In this document: piece by piece, positions 19,401-28,393 of the stretch
Layout of the letters: each line of letters begins with the position of its first letter
Position numbering within the stretch: the first letter of the stretch is position 1
NCBI GenBank assembly: GCA_963770835.1
Contig: CAVYRH010000004.1
Coordinates: 192,001-256,000 of the forward strand
Source: an uncultured Pseudomonadota bacterium
GTDB lineage: Bacteria; Oederibacteriota; Muellerivitia; Muellerivitales; Muellerivitaceae
Reading direction: 5' to 3'
Length of the DNA stretch: 64,000 bases
Translations under genes and position numbers: made by a program
The notes under the pieces: model-generated
The model's input: only the letters and a program-made list of their open reading frames with translations
What the model was told of the DNA's origin: nothing
The model's database searches: none

Positions 19401-20953
19401 AGGGCTCCGACGGTGACACTGAAGGAAAGGGTTCCCGAAACGCCCGCTGCCAGGTAGTTGATCTGCCAGAGCAAATCCTGCCCCACCAGGGCGGTGACAG
19501 GCTGGTAGGGATTGCTGGTGACCGAATTGGAAAGAAGGTTTGTCCCGGTCGGGATCGTGTCGTTGATTACAACGCCGTCGATGGCGGAGGTGCCGGTATT
19601 CTTATAGGCCAGGGTGTAAGTGATGGTCTGTCCCTGGTTCACCTGGCCGGCCGGGTTGTTGGACTTGGCCAGGGTAATGCTGGGGTTGGGGCAGGAAATC
19701 CACTGGGGACAGTCGAAGTAGCCCCATCCATAATGGCCGCCTTCGCCGCAGTCATATTCGCTCACGACGATGGTGCATTGCTGGCCCGCGTATTGGCACA
19801 GGTTGAAGGTATAGGGGGTCCAGGGAAAAACCCCCCAGTTCGTCCCGTTGGAGGGGTTCACCTGGCAGCCGCCCGCCGCGCCGACCGTTCCGGCGTTGTT
19901 CCCCACCAAGCCGTCCAGGGTCACCAGGCCCGACCCGACCAGGTACTGCCAATTGAGCAGCAGGTCGTAAACCTGCAGGCCGCCCGCGCCGCATTGGCCC
20001 CCGCCGATATAAACCTGGACCTCCAGGTAGGCGTCGTCGTTGGGGTTGCCCGGATTGTTGAGGTAGTGGTAATTCTCGAAAACACCCGCCAGCTCAAACG
20101 ACAGGCAGCAAGAACCGTTGGTTGGAACCGTTGAACTGGTGCAGACCCGGGCGTAATCGCCATGGTTCGTGTCCCCCCGGCCCGAGAAAAGCTGGTAGGC
20201 GCTGGGCTGGCCGGCCGGGACCGTGTTTAGGAGCCCGTTCGAGTTGGGGGCTATCCCGGGACCCACGGGGACGGCCACCGGGTTGCATGCTACGTTGGCG
20301 CCCGTATTAATAAGGGAGGTCCAATTCGTAAATTCGCTTGAACAGGCATTGGGCCAGGGGATGGGAGTGAAAGTCGGCGTAAAAGTGGAGGTGGAAGTAA
20401 AGGTTGGCGTGGGAGTGTGGGTGAAGGTTGGAGTGAAAGATGCCGTCGGGGTAGAGGTGGGCGTGGCCGTATCGGTCAGGGTGAAAGAGGAAGTGGGCGT
20501 GGAAGTGGAGCTAAGGGTGGCCGTACTGGTAGGAGTGAAGCTGGCCGTCGGCGTGAAGGTTGAAGTCGGAGTGGAGGTGCCTGTGTTTGTCGGTGTCACC
20601 GTCGGGGAATTGGAGGCTGTGGGAGTGGGTGTGGCGGTATTCGTGGGAGTGACCGTCGCGGTGTTGGTTGAAGTCGGAGTCTGCGTTGAAGTTGATGTGG
20701 AAGTGGGACTGGGGGTAGCCGTGCCGGTCGGGGTGTCAGTGAAGATGGCCGTATTGGTCAGCGTGAATGTGAAGGTCGGAGTGGGGCTGGGCGTGTCCGT
20801 TGGGGACGCCATGGGCGTCGAGGTTGAAGTATCGGTGGGGGAATCGGACGGGGTTAAGGTCTGGGACCTCACCGGCGCGACCGCGAGGAAAGCCAGGGTC
20901 GTCAAGATCCATAAGACCGATCTTACTGGGGACAGTTGTATCATCTCCGACAT
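16496..20953 (-). CDS. Giant secreted surface protein: Thr/Pro stalks, Cys-rich jelly-roll-like domain, two DUF11-like domains, two FlgD-Ig-like domains, T9SS-CTD-like tail
   Basis: AAGGA RBS before ATG 20953; signal peptide; long TxTx repeats; [18 protein letters not shown] (DUF11); WDGT..G..VT.GQY twice; terminal EPN..VYNVAGELV..ASGLY..KLLVRH. Confidence 0.85.
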   Translation of the reverse strand: MSEMIQLSPVRSVLWILTTLAFLAVAPVRSQTLTPSDSPTDTSTSTPMASPTDTPSPTPTFTFTLTNTAIFTDTPTGTATPSPTSTSTSTQTPTSTNTATVTPTNTATPTPTASNSPTVTPTNTGTSTPTSTFTPTASFTPTSTATLSSTSTPTSSFTLTDTATPTSTPTASFTPTFTHTPTPTFTSTSTFTPTFTPIPWPNACSSEFTNWTSLINTGANVACNPVAVPVGPGIAPNSNGLLNTVPAGQPSAYQLFSGRGDTNHGDYARVCTSSTVPTNGSCCLSFELAGVFENYHYLNNPGNPNDDAYLEVQVYIGGGQCGAGGLQVYDLLLNWQYLVGSGLVTLDGLVGNNAGTVGAAGGCQVNPSNGTNWGVFPWTPYTFNLCQYAGQQCTIVVSEYDCGEGGHYGWGYFDCPQWISCPNPSITLAKSNNPAGQVNQGQTITYTLAYKNTGTSAIDGVVINDTIPTGTNLLSNSVTSNPYQPVTALVGQDLLWQINYLAAGVSGTLSFSVTVGALPAGTCSGVVTNIAEEENFETQPSTLLSNAVTNNVGYTCTPTNTPSATPTDTPTVTDTPTPTNTPTLTPTNTPTATPTNTPTNTPTNTLPNTPTNTPTNTPTATTTNTPTNTPTNTPTPTPSNSPTATPTNTPTNTPSNTPTNTSTATATLTPTSSATATATPTATNTTTPIPTSTPTNTPTNSPTATPSSTPTSTATSTATMTSTFTATNTPSNTATNTPTPSPTATPTNTTTLTATRTPTDSPTSTATATPTSTPTLTPTNTSTATATNTPTNTTTPLPTSTPTNTPTNTPTPTPSSTPSFTATTTPTLTPTNTATATATNTVTHTPTPSPTATPTSTMTPTPSYTPTATPTSTATATPTSTPTLTPTNTSTATATNTPTNTTTPLPTSTPTDTPTNSPTTTPSSTPTATPTFTATSTPTLTFTSTETATPTATPTFTPSSTATLTSTATPTATVTSTLTSTFTATPTATVTDTSTPTLTPTMTATSTPTDSPTRTSTFTPTSTTTLTPTSTDTFTPTLTFTFTPTSTYTSTPTNTATPTPGIQIQKIASETTAHPGDTVVYRILLTVSGSTASNVQVTDTLPAQVVFAGMGQPSPAVAGETMGQTGPVLTWAFPSLAPGVYQLPYTVTISSSLVEQTVLLNNAQVQETGGQPQSVTAPVTVIFPITVQVAVYNSAGELVKTLLVQNFAQTISSFQLSSMSLTNQVSSTSVSILDATVASWDGTAQNGTEVTSGQYFIKVQSTDSLGVVTSVTQNVSVNRSLSTLSVAVYNEAGEIVKHLYQGIVSNSNSTIQSLDLSSNTVAPGVVSASSTSSSQITINVSVSGGSVTLVWDGTNDQGGMVTNGQYYVEASWLSGPNDQVVTRQVSVMDGSRGMVPGQLLVEPNVLAGGQTTAVFTVNSTQGFTLKVRVYNVAGELVGTTQGSTGADQAVWNAGGMASGLYIAVVDVEGPNGHVGYKTAKLLVRH

Positions 20954-21306
20954 TTCAGTCCTTCTTTCGGATTCTAAAAGCCTCTCTGAAACGGGCCTGT
21001 TGATTGAACGGAATCGGGGGTGTCCAGCGGCAACCAGACGGGCGATTAGGAGGAACAAATGGAAAGATATTTTCTTTTGTTTTTTGCATTAGATAGTTCG
21101 AAAAACCACCAAAGTAATGTGGAAATTCTTCCAACATTCCCTTTTAAATGGGAACGCCCGGAATGGACGCGAATAGGGAATGACGCGATTTCATTCTGAA
21201 ATCTTCCCGTCTTTCTGGTTTCCAAAAACGCCTCCTCCATTCGGTTCGCCGGAAATTTTCCGGTGGACACGGAAAAGGGTGACATTTCGACTCTCTCCCC
21301 TAAATG

Positions 21307-21323
21307 AGCACGTTCAATGCCAG
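21307..21323 (-). promoter_or_regulatory. Possible sigma-54 promoter upstream of the giant surface-protein gene
   Basis: Minus strand CTGGCATTGAACGTGCT with GG-N10-GC spacing; about 350 bp from the start. Confidence 0.45.
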
Positions 21324-21632
21324 TTCAAAGCGAGTCATGTTTCAAAAAAGAAAATTTGTCCTGGGAAGCGGGTGGAGTAAAACGAGTAAAAATGTCTTAA
21401 ACACGTCCGAGTTGTATTTTTTTTGAAAAAGATAACGGCAAATTAATTTGGACGGGAAATTCCTCCTTTTGAAACCGATTGAAATTTTTACATCCGCCGG
21501 TTTTTTTAACATCCCACAGGTGGTATCTAAGAGAACTAGTAGAAAAACCCCTTAAATCGGTTATTTCCCCCCGAATCCGCCTTTATCGTGTTCATCGGTG
21601 TTTCACTGACCCCATTTTTGCCTGGGTTTGGT

Positions 21633-24464
21633 TTAATGCCGCACCACCAGCTTGGTGGTTTTGTAGACGACATGCCCATTTGGCCCCTCCAAGTCCACCA
21701 CGGCGATATATAACCCGCTTGCCATTCCCCCCGCGTTCCAAACCGCCTGGTCCGCCCCGGAAGGCCCCTGAACCGCCCCCACCAGTTCGCCAGCCACGTC
21801 ATAAACCCGCACCCTCAGGGTGAAACCTTGGGCCGAATCCACCGTGAAGACAGCGGCTGTTTGTCCGCCGGCCAGTACATTGGGCTCCACCAACAGCTGA
21901 CCCGGAACCATCCCCCGGGATCCGTCCACCACCGATACCTGCTGGGTGACGACTTGGTCGTCCCCGCCGTTCAACCAGGAGGCTTCCACGTAATATTGGC
22001 CGTTGGTCACCATGCCGCCCTGGTCATTGGTGCCGTCCCAGGCCAGCGTCACGCCGGCCCCGGCCATGGCGACCAAAACCGTAATGGACGAGGAGGAAGG
22101 AGAAACGGTAGGGGAACCAGGAGTAACCACGGTGGAGGACAAAACCACGGACTGGATGGTATTGCTGTTGCTTGGCACGATCCCCTGGTAAAGATGTTTC
22201 ACCACTTCGCCCGTCTCGTTGTAAACGGCCACGGAGAGGGTGGAAAGGGATCGGTTGACGCCGACGGTCCGGGTGACGGTGGTGACTACGCCGAGGGAGT
22301 CGGTGCTTTGGACCTTGATGAAATACTGGCCGTTGGTGACCTCCGTGCCGTTCTGGGCCGTGCCGTCCCAAGTTGCCACCACGCCAAGGATGGAGACGGC
22401 GACGGAGGAAACCTGGTTGGTCAAGGACGTAGAGGAGAGTTGGAAGGAAGAGATGGTTTGGGCGAAGTTCTGAACCAAGAGAGTTTTCACCAATTCACCA
22501 ACCGAATTGTAAACCGCGACCTGGACGGTGATGGGAAAAACCACAGTGACCGGCGCGGTGACGGACTGCGGCCGGCCACCGGAGAAGACTACTTGGGCAT
22601 TGTTTAAGAGCACGGTTTGCTCCACGAGGGTGGAGGAGACGGCGACCGTATAGGGCAGCTGGTAGACACCGGGGTTCAAGGAAGGGAAAGACCAAGCGAG
22701 GACAGAGCCGTTTTCGCCCATAGCCTCACCCACCACGGAAGGCGAGGGCTGGCCCAGGCCCAAGAAAGCAACCTGAGCGGGCAGGGTGTCGGTAACTTGG
22801 ACGTTGGAGGCGGTGGAGCCGGAAACGGACAGGAGGATTTTGTAGGTGAGGGTGTCCCCCGGGTGGGCGGAGGTTTCGGAGGCGGATTTTTGGATTTGGA
22901 TGCCGGGCGTGGGGGTGGAAGTGTTGGTGGGAGTGGGCGTAAAGGTGAAGGTGAGGGTGGGGGTGAAGGTATCCGTGGGAGTGGGCGTGAGCGTGGGTGT
23001 GAAGGTGGGTGTGAAGGTCGGGGTTTTCGTGGGAGTGGCGCTTGGAGTGGGCGTATCGGTATTCGTGAAGGTATAGGTGGGTGTAGGGGTTGGGGTGTTT
23101 GTGGGTGTAAGGGTTGGGGTGTTGGAAGAGGTGTTGGTGGGGCTGTTGGTCGGGGTGTTGGTGGAGGTAGAGGTGTCCGTCATGGTGGGCGTGGATGTGG
23201 AAGTGGCCGTGGCGGTTGACGTTGGGGATAAAGTGGGAGTCCAGGTTAAGGTCACGGTGGGTGTTAAAGTGACTGTGAAAGTATTGGTGGCAGTGCCGGT
23301 ATTGGTGCTCGTGGCCGTGGCGGTGAAGGTCGGCGGACAGCCAACGACCGTATTCGTAACGGCGTTGGAGATGAGCCCGGCGGTTTCCAGGTCGGACTCA
23401 ACGGCGGTGTTGGGGATGTCCCCACAAGTGGAGCCAGCCACCACCTGGAAGGAGACGGTCCCGGTGTTGCCCGGATAAAGGTATCCGACGTCCCAAATCA
23501 GGTCATTGCCGATCATGGCGGTGGCGGGGATGCTGGGACTGCTCCCCATGGACCCGGGGACGAAGGCCGTGCCCGTAGGGACGGTATCGTTGATCACCAC
23601 TCCGTCGATGGGCGAGGTGCCCGTATTGGCGTAAGACAAGGTATAGGTGATGGTTTGGCCCTGGTTTACCTGGCCCGTAGGGCTATTGGCCTTAGTGAGG
23701 GTAATGCTGGGGGAGGGACAGACCCCCCAACTGACGTCGTCCAAATAGCCCAGGCCGAAATGCCCTCCCGCCACGCAGTCGTAATCGGTGACGCGCAATG
23801 TGGCCTGCTGGCCCGCGTATTTGCAGAGGTTGATGGTGTATTGGGTCCAGGGAAGGTAGCCGAAATCGTTGCCGCCATCATTGCCACCCCCCCCACCGCC
23901 TGCGTCCTGGCAGAAGCCGGTGTTTCCGACTCCCGTCAAGCCATTCACCACCACCTGGCCCAAGGTATTGGACCAGGTGTAGCGCAAGCTGGCCACCGTC
24001 GTGCCCCCGACGAGGACTTCCACTAAAAGATAAGTGTCCCCAGCCAGGTCGCCTTGCAAGTAATGGTGGTCCTCAAAAACAGCGGCGAACCAGAAAGAAA
24101 GGCAGCAGGTACCGTCAGTCGGCACCGTATCGGTTTGATAGATCTGGGCCCAGTCGGCGTGGTTATTGTCGCCACGGGCCGAAAAGAGCTGGGCGGCGTA
24201 GTTGCCGGTGTGGACCTGGTTCAAACCGGCGGGGGCCAGGGGGCCGGCGGAATCGGGCGCGACGCCCACGGGAACCACGGTGACACTGGGCGGGGCGCAA
24301 ACTACGTTGGGGCCCGAGGCGATCGCGGTGGTCCAGCCGGTCAGGTTGCCCGTTTCAAAACCGGGGTTCACCCAGGCTTGCGCGCTGGAGAAACCCGAGG
24401 CCGTGAAGAGCAATGGCAATAGGAAGGTTCGCGAGGAAGAGAAAAGACTCATTAGTTTTGACAT
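21633..24464 (-). CDS. Paralogous secreted surface protein (CBM-like N-domain, DUF11-like, Thr/Pro stalk, FlgD-Ig x2, T9SS-CTD-like tail)
   Basis: Signal peptide; [12 protein letters not shown]; same architecture and near-identical C-terminal region as 16496-20953. Confidence 0.85.
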   Translation of the reverse strand: MSKLMSLFSSSRTFLLPLLFTASGFSSAQAWVNPGFETGNLTGWTTAIASGPNVVCAPPSVTVVPVGVAPDSAGPLAPAGLNQVHTGNYAAQLFSARGDNNHADWAQIYQTDTVPTDGTCCLSFWFAAVFEDHHYLQGDLAGDTYLLVEVLVGGTTVASLRYTWSNTLGQVVVNGLTGVGNTGFCQDAGGGGGGNDGGNDFGYLPWTQYTINLCKYAGQQATLRVTDYDCVAGGHFGLGYLDDVSWGVCPSPSITLTKANSPTGQVNQGQTITYTLSYANTGTSPIDGVVINDTVPTGTAFVPGSMGSSPSIPATAMIGNDLIWDVGYLYPGNTGTVSFQVVAGSTCGDIPNTAVESDLETAGLISNAVTNTVVGCPPTFTATATSTNTGTATNTFTVTLTPTVTLTWTPTLSPTSTATATSTSTPTMTDTSTSTNTPTNSPTNTSSNTPTLTPTNTPTPTPTYTFTNTDTPTPSATPTKTPTFTPTFTPTLTPTPTDTFTPTLTFTFTPTPTNTSTPTPGIQIQKSASETSAHPGDTLTYKILLSVSGSTASNVQVTDTLPAQVAFLGLGQPSPSVVGEAMGENGSVLAWSFPSLNPGVYQLPYTVAVSSTLVEQTVLLNNAQVVFSGGRPQSVTAPVTVVFPITVQVAVYNSVGELVKTLLVQNFAQTISSFQLSSTSLTNQVSSVAVSILGVVATWDGTAQNGTEVTNGQYFIKVQSTDSLGVVTTVTRTVGVNRSLSTLSVAVYNETGEVVKHLYQGIVPSNSNTIQSVVLSSTVVTPGSPTVSPSSSSITVLVAMAGAGVTLAWDGTNDQGGMVTNGQYYVEASWLNGGDDQVVTQQVSVVDGSRGMVPGQLLVEPNVLAGGQTAAVFTVDSAQGFTLRVRVYDVAGELVGAVQGPSGADQAVWNAGGMASGLYIAVVDLEGPNGHVVYKTTKLVVRH

Positions 24465-25008
24465 ATCCCTGCGCCTCGGCGTTTAACAAATGGTTTTTTC
24501 AAAAAAGTTAAGTTTGTGATTATGAGAATTTTTTTTGGACCAACATCACTGGCTATTGCGACCCTACCACCGGAAAATGAAAGAGTACAAGCGGCCATTC
24601 CAAAATTTTACCGGGAAGTAAAAATATTTTTGCATCCAGGGAGTTAAACGAAATGGAGTGCCGTAGATTTGTCCGAAATTTTTTTTGACCCTGATCACGC
24701 AGTAAAACGAAAGTAAATGGCGTGCTTAACGATTTTAGAAAAAACGATACCGGTTAATTTTCGAAAAAAACGTTTTCGGATTTTTTCTCCGCGAACAGCC
24801 GGCAAAAAATCGAAAGTTAATCGCCTTTAAATCGGAGTGCTGCGAAAATTATTTCACTGGTTTTTTAATGACATGATGGGAAGGATTCCTTTGGGTGGCG
24901 GCATAATTCACCGATTTTTAATGGGTAATTTCCCGTTGACGGAAACTAAGGGTTGACACGAAGATAAAAGCCGAAAGATCGGCCCTTCGGCCCATTAGGA
25001 GAAAGTCC

Positions 25009-25419
25009 TTGGCGGGTTATTCCCAAACACCCCTTCTGAAGAAACTTGGGATCAAAGGCGAGTTCCGCATGGCTGTCCTTAACGCCCCCCAGGACTATTT
25101 CAAATGGTTGGGCCAACTGCCGCCGGGCGTCCAAGTTGTTTCTTTTCCCAAGGGAGAAATGGATTTCATCCATTTTTTTACCAAGAACCGCAAGGAATAT
25201 GAAAAGAGATTGGTGGACTTTAAAAAAGCCGTAGCGCAGGACGGTATGATCTGGGTTTCCTGGCCCAAAGCGGCCTCCAAAGTGCCAACGGACGTGACGG
25301 AAAAGGTGGTACGTGAATACGCCTTAAAGATCAGCCTGGTGGACATCAAGGTCTGCGCGGTGGATGAAACCTGGTCGGGTTTGAAACTGGTGATTCCGGT
25401 GAAAGACCGTAAAAAATGA
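25009..25419 (+). CDS. DUF3052 family protein
   Basis: MAGYSQTPLLKKLGIK, WVSWPKAASKVPTD, LVDIKVCAVDETWSGLKL; AGGAG RBS with TTG start. Confidence 0.85.
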   Translation: MAGYSQTPLLKKLGIKGEFRMAVLNAPQDYFKWLGQLPPGVQVVSFPKGEMDFIHFFTKNRKEYEKRLVDFKKAVAQDGMIWVSWPKAASKVPTDVTEKVVREYALKISLVDIKVCAVDETWSGLKLVIPVKDRKK

Positions 25420-25518
25420 ACGAGGCCCTATCGCCAATTGGACTTAGGCTTGGCAATATCAATTGTTGGTCGGCAATCGGGGATTGTTCTTTGTTAGCCT
25501 TGATTTATTGATTTTCTC

Positions 25519-25945
25519 AAACTTACACTCAAATGCCGTTAGATATTTGGGTGTAAGTTTTTTTGGTTATGGAGTGTATTTATGTTTTTTCAAAAAAACA
25601 AAAAGGCCGCACCCACCCGTTTATCCTTTGGGAGAACAAACCGCTTCAGCTTTAGACTAAAGACTTCGAAGCCACGGAGAGAGTTGTGACTTTTCCTTTC
25701 GGAAGGTGCGGTTAAATTTAATTTAAAAACGAAGGGATAGATTTCAAGGGGGAGGGGGGAGAACCGCAAAATTTTCAAAGGGAATAAAAACCCTCAACTG
25801 CCGCCAGGCAGTTGAGGGTTTTTATTTGGAAATGGAGTTTATTTACAATAAAAAAGGCCGCACGCTCCGGAATTCCGGAGATCAGGGGCTCACCCAGTTT
25901 TTAGTGGTAGTGGCCCGTACTCTGATGGACTGTGCGACCTTTTTT
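25519..25945. ncRNA. Candidate tandem structured non-coding modules (two copies)
   Basis: Each unit: long hairpin + TTTGGnnATGGAGTkTATTTA + AAAAAGGCCGCAC...GTGCG multibranch stem; units offset by about 260 bp. Confidence 0.4.
25783..25826. terminator. Perfect 20-bp bidirectional terminator-like hairpin
   Basis: AATAAAAACCCTCAACTGCC-gcca-GGCAGTTGAGGGTTTTTATT. Confidence 0.75.
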
Positions 25946-26165
25946 CATTTTCTCCCATCCTTCGATGGGTACAAGTGGAATCTTGAAATCCCGGATTATT
26001 TTTAGCGCATAAAGCAGGCCAGTAAAAAAGAACCGGCCGAAAAATAAAAAACGCTTTTTTAACAGGCTGGGAAAAAATAGAACAATCTATTTTCAAAACA
26101 ACGCTTTTGTAAAAACGTTTGAAATTAAAGATAAAAGTGTCCTCCGAAAACCTCCCGAAGTTTGC

Positions 26166-28388
26166 GTGGGAGAACGATCTTTTTTGGGCTATAACTATTT
26201 GAGTTTTGTTGAGCATCCAAAGCGGCTAAGGAATTTTTTGGAATTTTTCAAAAACACCCAGGTGAAAAAAGCGGCTTTTCCGGCAGTGTTTGTTTTAGCC
26301 GCATTGGGCCAATGGTTCATGGCCCAAAACCAGGCAACGGCAACCGTTTTTCCGGCGCTGTTTTTTTACGCTTTCGCGCTTTATCTTTGGTTTCTCACTT
26401 TAAAAAAAGAGAAAACCGGACTCCTGGATGAAAAGCCCCTGACGGCCCGGCTGGAATGGGTGTTGTTTGGCTTTATCCTTTTAATAGCTTTTTTTTTAAG
26501 GGTTTATGAGCTTGATCAAATCCCTTCGGGCATCTACCTGGATGCCTCAGGGCCCGCCCTTTACGCCCTTAAAATGCTTCACGAGCATTTTAAGCCCCCC
26601 TTTATGCTTCCCGCCTTCGCGGCCAATCCTTCGTATTTGGTGTATCTTTTGGCAGTTTGGTTCCGTTGGTTTTCCCCGACCCAGGTGAACCTGTTCCTGT
26701 TTTACGTTGTTTTCGCCATGGCCGCTTTGCCTTTCATTTATTGGACTTTTCGCCAATTGGCAGGCCCCCAGTCCGCTCTTTTAACCGTTTATTTCATCGC
26801 CGTCATGCGGTGGCACATGGTTTTCAGCCGAATCGGCTTTCGGGGAATCCAGGTTCCCTTTTACATGTTTGGAACCCTGGCGTTTTTTCTCTACGGTTTA
26901 AAACTCAAGAAAGGTTGGCCTTTTTTCCTTTCCGCGCTGTTTTTAACAGGCGGGTTATACACTTATCAATCCTTTAAAGCATTCCCTTTAATGATGTTGA
27001 TCCTGTTGGTTTACGAGCATTTCAAAAACCCCAAAACGCTGAAAGCCCTGGCGGTTCCCCTCCTGGCATCGGCCGCTTTGTGCGGTTTCTTCACGGTTCC
27101 CTTACTCCATTACTGGAACCAGCAGGGCAGCCTGGGAACCCGGGAATCGCAGATTTTTATCGGGAAAGAGGTGGTCCAGGAGAAAAGCCTGCGGCCCTTG
27201 GCGGAGAAAGCCCTGCAAACCGCCTTGATGTTTAACCGAAAGGGCGAAGAACAACCGCGGCATAATTTCAAAGATCACCCAATCCTCGACGATGTCACGG
27301 GGCTCTTTTTTATTTTGGGTTTTTTCCTCGCGCTTTGGAAATTCCGGCAAAAGCCTTATTTTTACGCGGTTTGCGGCTTTTTCGTCATGAGCCTGCCCGG
27401 CCTGCTTTCCAGCGAGGAAACCCAATCTCATCGGATGCTGGGCGCCCTCCCTTTCGCGGCTTTTTTCGCGGCCGGCGCGGTTTTAACCTGGCGCAAGGGC
27501 ATGGCCGAGCGTTTTCCTTCCTTTCGTCCCTGGGTTAACGGCCTCGTGATGGGGCTTCTGATTTTCGCGGCCATCGAAAATATCAAAACTTATTTCGTGG
27601 ACCAGGCAGGGGATTATGACTGTTGGAGGGATTTCAACATCGAGGCTACGACCGTTGGGAAAACCGTCGTCCAGCACCCGAACACGGTCTTTTACCTGGC
27701 GCCGGCCTTTTACGACCATTTCACGGTTCAATACCTGGATTATTTCGAGTCCAACCGCGTCCATTTACTGGATTTGGGGGAAATGAACCATCTACCTCTG
27801 GATACCCGCCTTTCCAAGATTTGCTTCGTCCTGGACGAGGGAAAAAGTCCGACTTTGGCCTTTTTGAAAGGCCTCTATCCTCAGGGACAGGAAGAGCCTT
27901 TTAAGGACCGGTACGGGAAAACACTCGCGTTTTTTTATTACGTTTCGGGCCAGGTAAAACCGATTTCGTTTCAAAAGGGCCTCCAAAGATGGGAAAACCC
28001 TAATGAAAACTCTCCCGACTTGGTCTCCACCGGACTTGTACAAGACCCCCTCATTAATTTCACTAATATCGGCGATTTGGGGGTCAGCCATCCGCCGGTT
28101 TTGGCGGTTTGGAAGGGGAAAATTCGTATACCGGCAACGGGTTCTTACGGTTTTCTCATTCTCACCCAAGATAAAGGAGAATTGGATTTGGATGGCCGGA
28201 AAGTGGTGGAGAACCTTCAAGGTGGGGAAGAAGTGATCCGCTTGACGGCAGGGTGGCATTCCGTCGAGCTAACCTGCCAGAGGGACAATAACCCGGATGT
28301 GGCCCTGGATTTCCACCTTCTCTGGAAAAAGCCCGGTAACCTCAACTATGAAGTCGTTCCGAATTCGGCTTTCGGGAAAATCCGATAA
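26166..28388 (+). CDS. GT-C fold (GT39/ArnT/PMT-like) glycosyltransferase with C-terminal PA14 domain; start uncertain
   Basis: LRVYELDQIPSGIYLD loop, WHMVFSRIGFR, many TM helices; WKGKIRIPATGSYGF...LDGRKVV...LTAGWH...LLWKKPG..EVVP (PA14). Confidence 0.8.
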   Translation: MGERSFLGYNYLSFVEHPKRLRNFLEFFKNTQVKKAAFPAVFVLAALGQWFMAQNQATATVFPALFFYAFALYLWFLTLKKEKTGLLDEKPLTARLEWVLFGFILLIAFFLRVYELDQIPSGIYLDASGPALYALKMLHEHFKPPFMLPAFAANPSYLVYLLAVWFRWFSPTQVNLFLFYVVFAMAALPFIYWTFRQLAGPQSALLTVYFIAVMRWHMVFSRIGFRGIQVPFYMFGTLAFFLYGLKLKKGWPFFLSALFLTGGLYTYQSFKAFPLMMLILLVYEHFKNPKTLKALAVPLLASAALCGFFTVPLLHYWNQQGSLGTRESQIFIGKEVVQEKSLRPLAEKALQTALMFNRKGEEQPRHNFKDHPILDDVTGLFFILGFFLALWKFRQKPYFYAVCGFFVMSLPGLLSSEETQSHRMLGALPFAAFFAAGAVLTWRKGMAERFPSFRPWVNGLVMGLLIFAAIENIKTYFVDQAGDYDCWRDFNIEATTVGKTVVQHPNTVFYLAPAFYDHFTVQYLDYFESNRVHLLDLGEMNHLPLDTRLSKICFVLDEGKSPTLAFLKGLYPQGQEEPFKDRYGKTLAFFYYVSGQVKPISFQKGLQRWENPNENSPDLVSTGLVQDPLINFTNIGDLGVSHPPVLAVWKGKIRIPATGSYGFLILTQDKGELDLDGRKVVENLQGGEEVIRLTAGWHSVELTCQRDNNPDVALDFHLLWKKPGNLNYEVVPNSAFGKIR

Positions 28389-28393
28389 GGGCG

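Noticed and set aside
17814..21092. Long Val/Gly-rich + strand ORFs (also 22846-23478 and minus-strand 51329-52759)
   Set aside because: Antisense shadows of Thr/Pro codon repeats; the opposite strand has signal peptides and recognisable domains
25535..25545. GTTAGAT in a hairpin loop as an integron attC core
   Set aside because: No matching inverse core at the proper distance, no cassette ORF and no integrase
25463..25660. 65-aa hydrophobic ORF as a type I toxin
   Set aside because: No RBS, TTG start, and it runs through terminator-like hairpins; hydrophobicity is explained by T-rich DNA
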